From assembly GCA_951406725.2 (NCBI GenBank), contig OX597839.1, positions 25,048,001 through 25,112,000 on the forward strand: a stretch of 64,000 bases of DNA. Reading direction: 5' to 3'. Made by a program: the position numbers and the translations under genes. Positions 1 through 11,436 of the stretch are shown here, one piece after another (the stretch's first letter is position 1; every line of letters starts with the position of its first letter). The notes under the pieces are model-generated. The model did no database searches. It saw nothing but the letters and a program-made list of their open reading frames with translations, and was not told the origin of the DNA. The stretch comes from Octopus vulgaris. Taxonomy: Eukaryota.

Positions 1-306
1 ATATATATACACACATACACACACACACATTCATACACTTCGCAAGCTTCAAAGTATGTTCTTGTACACTAATGTTTGGCCATTTATGTTTCCCTTGAGA
101 CTAATAAAAAAAACATTACTAAGCTATGATGATGATGATGATGATGACGACAACAACAACAATGATAATTTTTATTATTTACTGTAGTAGTAGTAGTAGT
201 AGTAGTGGTAGTAGTAGTATTGTTAATTGATATTATTACTACAGTTGTTATTAATAGTGGTATTATAGTCATTATTATTATTATTGTTGTTATTATATTA
301 TCATTA

Positions 307-343
<37 letters not shown>

Positions 344-439
344 CATCATCATTATTTGTTGCATTCCTGTCCGTCCCACAAGATTAGATTTGCAAATCTT
401 GCCTATTGGCAAATGATGATTATTGGTGATCAATAATTA

Positions 440-835
440 TCTTGAGGACCAGTGAGTGGGTGTGGGTGTGCGTGCGTGCGTTTGTATGTATGTGGGTGTT
501 TGTGCTTAAAACTCTATGTTTGTGTGTGAATCTGTGTGTGTGTGTGTGCATGCGTGCATGTTTGAATGTCTGCATGCATGAATGTGTATGGGTGTGTGTA
601 TGTGGGTGTCTGCATGTATGTATGTGTGTTTTTCTGTCTGTGTGTATGTGTGTGTATATCTGTGTGTATATGAATGTGTGGCTGTGTGGATGTTACACAT
701 GTGAATGTGTGTGTGTATTGTTGTATTTGCCTTAGTATATATGTATACTTGTGTGTATATATGTATGTGTGTGCATGCACATTTGTATGTTTGCATATAT
801 GTGAATGTACAGCCTGTGTATGTATGTGCGTATGA

Positions 836-869
<34 letters not shown>

Positions 870-870
870 C

Positions 871-923
<53 letters not shown>

Positions 924-940
924 CATATACATATATATAC

Positions 941-971
<31 letters not shown>

Positions 972-994
972 CATATACATATATATACATATAC

Positions 995-1045
<51 letters not shown>
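440..1045. repeat. (TG)n/(TA)n microsatellite block, representative of many (also 120-350, 3560-3835, 4330-5050, 16545-16710, 33160-33345, 33820-34300, 44490-44930, 51105-51325, 61930-61988)
   Basis: Directly visible simple repeats. Confidence 0.95.
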
Positions 1046-1048
<3 letters not shown>

Positions 1049-1099
1049 TTGAAAAAAATTAGTCAAGAAGAAGGGATATGACTGGACAAATATTGTTTA

Positions 1100-1205
1100 A
1101 TCACTACAATTGTTTCCACACAGCGTAGTTCTCCAATGACACAGGTGCTGAATTATGCAGCCCCTTCTGTGCATTATGAGATCTAATTGTGTTTCCTCAG
1201 GTGAT
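1100..1205 (-). ncRNA. Type-I hammerhead-ribozyme-like motif with an extended stem II
   Basis: Minus strand reads atcac CTGAGGA a-acaca...tgtgt-g GAAA caattg TA gtgat. Stem I is atcac/gtgat, stem III is palindromic, cleavage triplet is GUA. Confidence 0.65.
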
Positions 1206-1920
1206 ATGTAAATATTCTCTCCGTAATAATAATAATCCTTTCTACTGTAGGCACAAGGCGTGAAATTTGAGGGAGTGGGATAGTCAGTTACATTGACCCT
1301 AGTGCATAACTGGTACTTATTTAATCAATCTCGAAATGATGAAAGGGATAGTCATCCTTGACGGAATTTGAACTCAGAACGTAGCAGCAGACAAAATACT
1401 GCTAACTATTTTGCATGGCATGATAACCATTCTGCCAGCTCGGCACCTTTAATAGTAATAATAATAATAATTATAATGATAATTCTTTCAAATTTTTGCC
1501 ACAAGGGCAGCTTGGGGAGGGGTTTAAGTCAATTACACTTATTTAATGAACCCCCAAAAGGATGTAAGGAAGTTAACCTTGGCAGGTAAATGTCTTCTAC
1601 TATAGCCTTCGCTTGACCAAAACCTTGTGAGTGGATTTGGTAGACAGAAACTGAAAGAAGCCCGTTTTATACATGTGTGTGTGTGTATATGTTTGTGTGT
1701 CAGTGTTTGTCCCCCCACCATTGCTTGACAACTGATGGTGGTATGTTTACGTCCCCATAACTTAGTGGTTTGGCAAAAAAGGCTGATACAATAAGTACTA
1801 GGCTTACAAAGAATAAGTTCTGGAGTGGATTTGTTCAACTAAAGGCGGTGCTCCAGCATGGCTGCAGTCAAATGACTGAAACAGATAAAAGAATGTATAT
1901 ATATATATATATATGTATAT

Positions 1921-3105
1921 CATCATCATCATCATCGTTTAGCGTCCGCTTTCCATGCTAGCATGGGTTGGACGGTTCAATTGGGGCCTGGGAAACCAGA
2001 AGGCTGCATCAGGCCCAGTCTGATCTGGCAATGTTTCTACGGCTGGATGCCCTTCCTAACGCCGACCACTCCGTGAGTGTAGTGGATGCTTTTTACGTGC
2101 CACTGGCACAGGTGCCAGTCGGGGCGGAGCTGGCAACGGCCACGTTCGGATGGTTCTCTTATGTACCACCGGCATTGGTATCACAGCTGCAATTTCCATT
2201 GATGTTGATTATTTCGATTCTCACTTGCCTCTACAGGACTTCACAAGTAGAGTTTTGTGTCTCAAGAAGGAAAGGTATGCATAAGTGGACTGGCTACATC
2301 CCGTGTAGAGGTCACAGGTTAAGGTCTCACTTGTCCTGCCGGGTCTTCTCACGCACAGCATACTTCCAAAGGTCTCGGTCTCTAGTCATTTCCTCAGTGA
2401 GACCTAAAGTTCGAAGGTTGTCCTTCACCACCACATCCCAGGTTTTCCTGGGTCTGCCTCTTCCACAGATTCCCTCAACAGCTAGGGTGTGGCACTTTTT
2501 CACACAACTATCTTCATCCATTCTCGCCACATGACCATACCAGTGCAAACGTCTCTCTTGCACACCACAACTGATGCTTCTTAGGTCCAGCTTTTCTCTC
2601 AAGGTACTTACACTCTGTCGAGTATGAACACTGACATTACACATCCATCGGAGCATACTGGCTTCATTTCTTGCGAGCTTACGCATATCCTCAGCAGTCA
2701 CGGCCCATGTTTCACTGCCATGTAGCATGGCTGTTCGTACACACGCGTCATACAGTCTGCCTTTTACTCTGAGCGAGAGGCCTTTTGTCACCAGCAGAGT
2801 TAAGAGCTCTCTGAACTTTGCCCAAGCTATTCTTACTCTAGCAGTTACACTTTCAGCACACCCACCCCCCGCTACTGACTTGGTCACCTAGGTAACGGAA
2901 GCTATCAACTATTTCTAGTTTTTCTCCCTGGAATGTGGCAGAAGTTGGTCTCAGACCATTTTCAGTGTTTATTGTTCCTGAGCATCTGCCACATACAAAA
3001 ACCATCTTCCTAGTTAGCCTTACTTTGACATTGCTGCACCTCTTATGTGTCCATAGCTTACACTTGGTGCATCTTATAGAGTTTCTACCTACACCTTTTC
3101 TACAG

Positions 3106-3110
<5 letters not shown>
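1921..3110 (-). mobile_element. 5'-truncated RTE-clade LINE: PHD-like Cys cluster, RT C-terminus, 3' UTR and (GAT)n tail
   Basis: Frameshifted ORFs 3110-2853 and 2887-2327 contain FRYLGD, ARVRIAWAKFREL, LHGSETW, RRLHWYGHVARM, GRGRPRKTW and DRDLW, all typical of RTE ORF C-termini. Confidence 0.85.
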
Positions 3111-3144
<34 letters not shown>

Positions 3145-3693
3145 TATGTATTCATATCTAATTTTCTCTTCTGCAACCAAGAACTGCAGCTTCCTGCTTA
3201 TTTCCATGAATATAAAGACGGTATTTTTTGCATCACTTGCAATCATTCCATCATGGAGAATGACATCTCACAGCAATGGAGAGGCTAATCAAGGGAGATA
3301 ACTATTGAACTCCTTGAAACAAATTTTACCTTCAACATTTTATTTTTCCATATATTTTCACTTTGTTTTTTTTTTATGCTATTTTCTTTTATTTTTATCT
3401 GAATTTCTTTGAGGGTTCGATTTTTTTTTTTTAATAATGTTATTTCTTTTCTGTTTCTTCTAATTTTATTTCTGGAGAGGAAAACCAGCAAGACAACTTA
3501 CCATAAACAAAGAAATATCTATATTAGTAAATAAAGATATATAACTAAATAAATGATATAAATATATACGTGTGTGTGTGTTTATATCTATATATATGTG
3601 CGTGTGTATATATATATATATATATACATATATGTGTGTATATATATTATATATATATGCACACATATATCTAAATATGTATATATGTGTGCA

Positions 3694-3745
<52 letters not shown>

Positions 3746-4344
3746 TCTTATAAGCAAGGGCTAAAGAAAGTTTAATATATATATATATATACATACATGC
3801 ATTCACACACGCACGTATATATATATATATATATGACATTACTTCAAAGCAGTTCTTGGGAGAAGTTGCTAAAATTCTTCATACATTCTTCGCTTTGGTT
3901 TATCAAAAATGTTCACTGGAAGTAAAAGAGTAAAAGGAAAAAGGAAAAGAACAAGAACAACAACAACAATAATATCAAAAATCAAAAGATATACATGAAG
4001 TGATTATAAATTTAACATGATTTCTTCGCAGTTCGTTTTCACTGTTTCTTCTTCTTCTTCTTCTTCTTTTTCTTCTTCTCCTCCTCCTCCTCCTCCTCCT
4101 CCTTCTTCTTTCTCCTTACCATGTCTTTTATATATTTCATCCAAAATTTCTTTCCATTTTATCGAATTTTTTTTTTTTTTGTTATTTGTTTGTTTGCTTG
4201 CTTGTTCGTGTGTGTCTGTGTGTCTACCATTTTTCTTCGTAGAATCTGGAATAAAAAAATGAAATGAAATAAAACCATATGAATTAGCGCAACATCTTAC
4301 TTTCAACAAAAATATACATTTACATATATGTGTGCATGTATCTA

Positions 4345-4422
<78 letters not shown>

Positions 4423-4579
4423 TATGAATATATATCTGTACACATATATATCTATATGAATATATATGTATGTTTAATAATATATATATGTGTGTGTGTG
4501 TTTACATATATATATATACATATATATACACATATATATATACATATATAAGTATATATGTAATTATATATGTGTGTGT

Positions 4580-4614
<35 letters not shown>

Positions 4615-4919
4615 ATCTTCCCTATTCCGATATATTTTGTCCGTCTTCGTTTATTATTATTATTATTATTATTATTATTTCTCGTGTTAGCTTTGTGATT
4701 GATACATCTCAGCATTTTGCTCCTTACATGAGATATCTTTGGATTTCATCCACTTCTTCATTTACCTATTATCATCAGTATTATTGTTGTTATTGTTACT
4801 ATTAGTAACATCATCATCACCACTATCATCATCTCCATTACCATCACCATCATTATCCTTTTTTATTATTATTATTATCATCATTATCATCATCATGATA
4901 ATCATCATTATTACCAATA

Positions 4920-4950
<31 letters not shown>

Positions 4951-5010
4951 TATTATCATCATCCTTATCATCATCATTATCATCATCATGATAATCATCA
5001 TTATTATTAC

Positions 5011-5047
<37 letters not shown>

Positions 5048-5090
5048 TACTCTTAATATTTCTTTACAGAAATACATGTCTTTTTTTTAT

Positions 5091-5122
<32 letters not shown>

Positions 5123-5531
5123 GTTTAATTTTTGTTCTTTCCTCTTCTGTTTTCTCGTTTTATCCGTAATCCACCTCCGTTACAGTTTCAAACTTTTCCA
5201 TTCCTCCCCCCCTTTCATTCACTGCAAAACCTCACCACCGCCACCATCTCCAAATAAAATAAAAGGTAAAAAAAAAACATGAAACAGTTTGGAAGAATAT
5301 ATAAAAGTTAAATGACCCCCCCCTCCAAAAAAAAACATGGTGGTGTATACGAGATCAATAGTTACTGGTTGTCAGTAGGAAATTGATTTTGGTGCTGGCT
5401 GAGTTTTGTTTGCAATATTCATGATGGCTGCTGTCCATTGTGTCACTAGATTTATGTCTGTGGTTGTGAAATATCTGTCGTTGCTTCCGTGTTTTGTGTG
5501 TGTTGTTTTTATTGTTTGCTGATGGCATGGT

Positions 5532-5631
5532 NNNNNNNNNNNNNNNNNNNNNNNNNNNNNNNNNNNNNNNNNNNNNNNNNNNNNNNNNNNNNNNNNNNNN
5601 NNNNNNNNNNNNNNNNNNNNNNNNNNNNNNN
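5532..5631. other. Assembly gap (100 N)
   Basis: A run of exactly 100 N, the usual placeholder for a gap of unknown size. Confidence 0.99.
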
Positions 5632-5705
5632 AGATAAAGCATCAAAAGATGTGGGAGCAAGTACACTCCAGAACAAATGGCGCGGTCAGCTGTGCCCTGT
5701 GGACA

Positions 5706-6080
5706 TGACCAGTGGTTAGGGCAGCGAACTCGCGGTCATAGGATCACGGTTTCGATTCCCAGACCGGGCGTTGTGAGTGTTTATTGAGCAAAAACACCTA
5801 AAAAGCTCCACGAGGCTCCAGCAGGGGGTGGTGTTGATCCCTGCTGTACTCTTTCACCACAACTTTCTCTCACTCTTACTTCCTTTTTCTGTTGTACCTG
5901 CATTTCAAAGGGCCGGCCTTGTCACTCTCTGTGTCACGCTGAATATCCCCGAGAACTACGTTAAGGGTACACGTGTCTGTGGAGTGCTCAGCCACTTACA
6001 CGTTAGTTTCACGAGCAGGCTGTTCCGTTGATTCGGATCAACCAGAACCCTCGTCGTCGTAACCGATGGAGTGCTTCCAG
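5706..6080 (+). mobile_element. tRNA-derived SINE family C (fuller copy at 47596-47980; related minus-strand copy at ~58010-58330)
   Basis: Head agtggttagggcagcgaactcgcggtc...ggtttcgattccc carries A/B boxes. The body is near-identical to 47596-47980. Confidence 0.8.
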
Positions 6081-6084
6081 GTGT

Positions 6085-6345
6085 TGTCATGGAGAATGAC
6101 CAGTGATACTCACTGCAGTAGCCATCCCACCTCTTGTGGCTCATTTCTCAGATGAGCCACAGTTATTCTGACCTCGTGGAGGAAATCTGGAGTGCGGATT
6201 CCAAGAAAACCTGAGGTCTTGAATGCAAGTGACACAAAGCAGCAGCAGCAGCTGGTCAGTCTCCCCTATCGAATTATTTCTCTCTCCTCTGCGTGGGACC
6301 GGAGAATGTGTTGCTGCACGTCGCATCCCAGATTAGGGATCTGCT
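6085..6345 (-). mobile_element. Degraded CRE-like non-LTR retrotransposon, restriction-like endonuclease C-terminus
   Basis: Minus-strand frames give SLIWDATCSNTF and FVSLAFKTSGFLGIRTPDFLHEV...EPQEVGWLLQ*VSLVILHDN. These resemble the WDATC..T / FVP.A.ET.G / WL.QRLS.A...GN motifs of CRE-clade elements. Confidence 0.6.
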
Positions 6346-6495
6346 TCCCTCGTGTGTTATTTGTTGTCATTTTTCATCATCTTCGTATTGTGGTCTTACC
6401 TCTTGTCCTTGATGGCTTGGGATAAAAATTGGCCCCTTTCTCATCTTGTATGAGGAATACTATATGATTCGGGAAGGAACTTTGCTGTACTTTAA

Positions 6496-6716
6496 CCCTT
6501 TAGTGTTTGCATTATTCTGCCAAAATTAATCCCTTTTTATCCACATTGTTTTGAATTAATCATGCATTATCTTGTAGCTATGAGATTTTGATGAGGTAGT
6601 TGTTAATTTTTAAAACGATATTGTAGGGTTGGTCTGAGAGACCAGATCTGGCCAGTTTGAACATAAAACAGGTAGAATACTTTTGGCCGGATATGGCCAG
6701 TTTAAATGCTAAAGGG
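6496..6716 (+). mobile_element. piggyBac-type MITE (other copies 21595-21814 in reverse and 28205-28423)
   Basis: TTAA target duplication on both sides, CCCTTTAG...CTAAAGGG termini, and three homologous copies. Confidence 0.85.
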
Positions 6717-7350
6717 TTAATCACTAGATCATGATTAGGGGAATATATTTAATTACAAGGGAACAAAGATAAAGGATTTAAAAAAAAGGGGGGGGAGAGA
6801 TAAAGCATCAAAAGATGTGGGAACAAGTACACTCCAGAACAAATGGCACAGTCAGCTGTGCCCTCTGGACATTTGTGTATGTGTGTGTGTGTGTTTGTAG
6901 CCCATCATCATTTGACAACTGGTGTTGGTGTGATTGCATCTCCATAACTTAGCAGTTCAGCAAAAGAGACCAATAGAATATGTACCAGACTTTAAAAAAA
7001 TAATAACACTGGGGTCCATTCATTTGACAAAAAATTCTACAAGATGGTGCCCCAGGATGGCCACAGTCTAATGACAGAAACTAGTAGAATATATTATAAA
7101 AGATATTCTTTTCTACTTTAGGCACAAGGCCCGAAATTTTTGGTGAGGGGGGAGGCAGTTGATTAGATCAACCCCAGTACACAACTGGTACTTAATTTAT
7201 CAACCTGAAAAGGATAAAAGGCAAAGTCGACCTTGGCAGAATTTGAACTCAGAACGTAAAGACAGACAAAATACCCCTAAGCATTTCGTCTGGTGTGCTA
7301 ACATTTCTGCCAGCTCGCTGCCTTAGATAAAATATATTTATCACCATATA

Positions 7351-7750
7351 GACGCAGGAGTGGCTGTGTGGTAAGTAGCTTGCTAACCAACCACATGGTT
7401 CCGGGTTCAGTCCCACTGCATGGCATCTTGGGCAAGTGTCTTCTACTATAGCCTCGGGCTGACCAAAGCCTTGTGAGTGGATTTGGTAGACGGAAACTGA
7501 AAGAAGCCCGTCGTATATATGTGTGCGTGTGTGTTTGTGTGTCTGTGTTTGTCCCCCTAGCATTGCTTGACAACCGATGCTGGTGTGTTTACGTCCCCGT
7601 CACTTAGCGGTTTGGCAAAAGAGACCGATGGAATAAGTACTGGGCTTACAAAGAATAGGTTCCGGGGTCGAGTTGCTCGACTAAAGGCGGTGCTCCAGCA
7701 TGGCCGCAGTCAAATATGACTGAAACAAGTAAAAGAGAGTAAAAGAGAGT
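7351..7750 (+). mobile_element. tRNA-derived CORE-like SINE family A (~400 bp), the dominant repeat of the window
   Basis: Head ggcgcaggagtggctgtgtggtaag...gggttcagtccc, CORE-like ccttgggcaagtgtctt, internal (TA)(TG) tract and (GTAAAAGA)n tail. Plus copies at ~24552-24960, 29750-30163, 30503-31282, 35568-35960, 47041-47530 and 51955-52320. Minus copies at ~9572-9987, 10620-10866, 19910-20311, 22263-22677, 26520-26900, 32490-32826, 54510-54900 and 58338-58706. Confidence 0.9.
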
Positions 7751-7900
7751 ATATCAACTGAAACATGTTAAAAATGAAGATGTCTGTTGTCGTTATGATT
7801 CTTACTGCTTTAATTTAAAACTAATCAATTTAATTATAATTTATAATTTATGAATTTAAAACTAATCAAAGACGCATTCAATGTTTTATGATTGTTGAAG

Positions 7901-8021
7901 GTGACCAAAATTTGGCACAACTACCTGTTAGAAATTGCTTCCGACAAGATAAAGAAATTGACCAGTCCCAAGACGTTAGCAGCTGTCCGTCTAACGGCAG
8001 AACACAGAACCGGAGGACTCG
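7901..8021 (+). CDS. ZMYND12: ZMYND12-like gene, third-to-last coding exon (VTKIWHNYLLEIASDKIKKLTSPKTLAAVRLTAEHRTGGL+G)
   Basis: Acceptor ttgttgaag and donor G|gtgagt. Length 121 nt (phase 0 in, phase 1 out); it joins the next exon to make GAT (D). The peptide resembles the vertebrate ZMYND12 segment V.EIWH.YL...GLD as I recall it. Confidence 0.8.
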
Positions 8022-8099
8022 GTGAGTGAAGGGAATGAATGGCATTCCTTTATCGAATTGAAAGTCTGAAGAGTAAGAGGAAAGAGTGCATGGCCTAAT

Positions 8100-8740
8100 G
8101 GTGGCGGTGGTGGTGGTAGTGGTGGTGGTGGTGGTGGTGGTGGTGGCAGTGATGGTGATGGTGGTGGTGGTGGTTGTGGTGGTAGGGATAGTAGAAATAG
8201 TGATGATGGTGGTGGTGATGGTGGTGGTGGTGGTGATGGTGGTGGTGGTGGCGGCGGCGGTGGCGGCAGTTGTGGTGGTGGTGGTGGTGGTGGCGGCAGC
8301 AGCGGTTTTGGTGGTAGTGGTGGTGGTGGTGGTGGTGGTGGCTGTGGTGGCGGCGGCGGTGGTGGGGGTGGAGGGGTGATGGTGGTGGTGGTGGTGGAGG
8401 TGATGACAGTGGTGGTAGCTTGGTGGTGGTTTGCTGTTGGTGATAATGATAGTGGTTGTGTTTGTGGTGGTGTTAGTGGTGGCGGTGGGAATGGCAGTGG
8501 AGGAGGTGGTTGCAGTAGTGGTGATGATGATGATGATGATGGCAAGGGCAGTAGTGGTGGTAGCAGCAGTGATGGTGGCTGTGTGGTTGTGGTGCTAGTG
8601 CAGGTGGTGGTGGTGGAAATGGTGGCAGTGGCGCTGGAGGGGGAGGGGCTAACAGTGGTGATGGCAATGATGATCATGGTAGTGTCAGTGGTAGCAGCAG
8701 CAGCAAGGGTGGTTGTTTTAGCGGTGGTGGCCAGTAGTTG
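8100..8740. repeat. Degenerate (GGT)n microsatellite in a ZMYND12 intron
   Basis: Directly visible. It produces the spurious poly-P and poly-V ORFs. Confidence 0.95.
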
Positions 8741-8803
8741 ATTGGGTTTGTACAGTTTATGCTGTGTTCCATTCGCAGCAAACCAATGGAACAGCCTGTA
8801 CGT

Positions 8804-8883
8804 GGGTCAGGGGTTAGGGTCAGGGGTTAGGGTCAGGTGTTAGGGTCAGGGGTTAGGGTCAGGGTTTAGGGTTGAGGTTCAGG
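8804..8883 (+). repeat. Telomere-like 13-bp minisatellite (GGGTCAGGGGTTA)n, about 6 units
   Basis: Alternating TTAGGG and TCAGGGG units are directly visible. Confidence 0.85.
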
Positions 8884-8970
8884 TAATGAAATTTTGAATG
8901 GGTCGGTCTCATTTCTACAGAAAAAAAAGGGGTCAATTTTGTTTGTTTTTGATTTTCTTCATTGTATCAG

Positions 8971-9116
8971 ATGAAACAGAAGAAGCCGAAGGAATCCAGG
9001 TTCTGAGTACCATTTTTGATATCTGGGAATCCAGCCACAAGAAACACTCAAAAGATTTAGCTGAGACCAGCCTTGCTCTAGCCATGTTGTTCTACTGTCT
9101 TGAACAATATGACAAG
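8971..9116 (+). CDS. ZMYND12: ZMYND12-like gene, penultimate coding exon (DETEEAEGIQVLSTIFDIWESSHKKHSKDLAETSLALAMLFYCLEQYDK)
   Basis: Polypyrimidine tract plus tatcag acceptor, and AAG|gtaaga donor. Length 146 nt, phase-compatible on both sides. Resembles the ZMYND12 segment DEAQEAEAIRILTSILNIRES...LVMLYY. Confidence 0.85.
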
Positions 9117-9191
9117 GTAAGACGTCGCTATATCCCTTTGGGGCTTCAGGGTTTGAAGGAGAGATAAAGAGACAAAATGATAATAATAATG

Positions 9192-9254
<63 letters not shown>

Positions 9255-9534
9255 TCTACTCTAGGCACAAGACCTTTAAAATTTAGGGTCAGTTATATTG
9301 ACCCCAATGTGTAACTGGTACTTATTTCATCGACCCCCAAAAGGATGAACGGCAAAGTTGACCTCGGCGGAATTTGAACTCAGAACACTGCCTTACAATC
9401 ATCATCATCGTTTAACGTCCGCTTTCCATGCTAGCATGGGCTGGACGGTTCGACCGGGGATCTGGGAAGCCAGAAGGCTGCACCAGGCTCCAGTCTTATC
9501 TGGCAATGTTTTTACAGCTGGATGCCCTTCCTAT

Positions 9535-9573
<39 letters not shown>

Positions 9574-11026
9574 CTTACTCTTTACTCTTTCACTTGTTTC
9601 AGTCATTTGACTGCGGCCATGCTGGAGCACCGCCTTTAATCGAGCAAATTGACCCCGGGACTTATTCTTTTGTAAGCCCAGTACTTATTCTATCGGTCTC
9701 TTTTGCCAAACTGCTAAGTGACGGGGACGTAAACACACCAGCATCGGTTGTCAAGCAATGCTAGAGGGACAAACACAGACACACAAACATACACACACAC
9801 ATATATATATATATACATATACACGACGGGCTTCTTTCATTTTCCGTCTACCAAATCCACCCACAAGGCATTGGTCGGCCCGAGGCTATAATAGAAGACA
9901 CTTGCCCAACATGCCATGCAGTGGGACTGAACCCAGAACCATGTGGTTGGTAGGCAAGCTACTTACCACACAGCCACTCCTGCACCTATAATAATAATAA
10001 TAATAATAATATTTTGATTGAACAAATCTGATTGGTGCAGGTGTAGGTGTTTGATTCAACCATGTGGTCTTGGATTCATGTGGTCTTTCCTCTATAGCCC
10101 CAAGCTAACTAAAGCCTTGTGAATGGATTTAGTAGATGGAAAACAAGAGAAGCCCATCATATATATATTTCTAATAAAGATTTTTCTTAATGAACTCGTT
10201 TGCTAGTTGCAAAACCAATGAATGGGTGACACTGATTTTCTCTACATATTTTGAGCTGGGTAAGCTTACTGCTATGTCTAGCAGATGAGTGTCCATCACT
10301 GAGGATGTTCTAAAATCAAAATCACTTGATATGGTGGTCTCGGAGCTAGGATAGTAAAGAGTTCTCTCCCTACTTGCAATATACATTGAGTGTGAAGTGC
10401 ACTGAATAACCAGCTGGTGAAAACATCTTCCTGGCGGTAAAATAGCAGTATCATCTGTTCTTAAAGAACACCCACATTTAAGTGGCAATGAGCATTACTT
10501 ACATATATGTAGCACTGATAAGTACTTTGATATTTGCAAATTCTAAAATGAATTTATATCTATGTCTGAAACGATTGTATGCATGAATAGACTTCTTACG
10601 ACTTTTTAACATCTTAAACAAACCAACATCGGTTGTCAAGAGATGGTTGAGGGACAAACACAGACACAAGCATACACACACACACACAAGCACATATATA
10701 TATATATATACACGACAGGCTTCTTTCAGTTTCCATCTACCAAATCCACTCCCAAGGCTTTGGTCAGCCCAAGGCTATGGTAGAAGACACTTGCCCAAGG
10801 TGCTATGCACTGGGACTGAACTTGGGACCATGTGGTTGTGAAGCAAGCTTCATACCACACAGCCACATACAGAATTTAATTTTTTTTACACCCAAAATTA
10901 CAATAGAATCAATTGATTTAGATATGGACATAGTAAGTTGAGAGATTTTGTCCCATTGTAAACCAAAGGTGGGTAGTTTTAGACAGGTTAGTTAATAAGA
11001 TTTCCAAATCTGTTTTCTGATTGCAG

Positions 11027-11128
11027 GCAAAGAAATTCTGCAACAAGGCATACCAAGTCTGTGAAGACAAAGAATATTCTGAAACCATTCTTAAGTTTCT
11101 GAATTCCAGCAAAGAACTCTCTCCATAA
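11027..11128 (+). CDS. ZMYND12: ZMYND12-like gene, terminal coding exon (AKKFCNKAYQVCEDKEYSETILKFLNSSKELSP*)
   Basis: Acceptor tgttttctgattgcag, phase 0, TAA at 11126-11128. Aligns loosely to the ZMYND12 C-terminus (A.EY..RAL...TI.ELL). Upstream exons, including the MYND finger, were not seen in the window. Confidence 0.75.
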   Translation, partial: AKKFCNKAYQVCEDKEYSETILKFLNSSKELSP

Positions 11129-11195
11129 ATGGTTCATCATTGACGCCTTCACTCATTAGAGATCAGATTTTCATTTCTTTAAGTCCTCCATTCTT

Positions 11196-11260
<65 letters not shown>

Positions 11261-11263
11261 AAT

Positions 11264-11298
<35 letters not shown>

Positions 11299-11436
11299 TG
11301 ATGATGATGATGATGATGATGATATTGATGATAAATATTTTTAGAATAGATTAAAATGAAAACACCGTATTAAATTTGATTCTTGATTTTATTGTTTCAA
11401 GCAGATATTTTCAAAGGACTTCGGTGGTTCATTGCA

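Noticed and set aside
442-1066. Long YIYI/CVCV/THTH ORFs here and at 33756-34352, 36148-36886 and 44486-44944
   Set aside because: They are translations of (TA)n/(TG)n microsatellites that simply lack stop codons.
3150-3290. Possible upstream ZMYND12 exon
   Set aside because: No frame resembles the expected ZMYND12 segment and there is no convincing splice-site pair.
7991-8677. 228-aa proline-rich (formin/extensin-like) ORF
   Set aside because: It is the antisense reading of an intronic (GGT)n microsatellite inside the ZMYND12-like gene.
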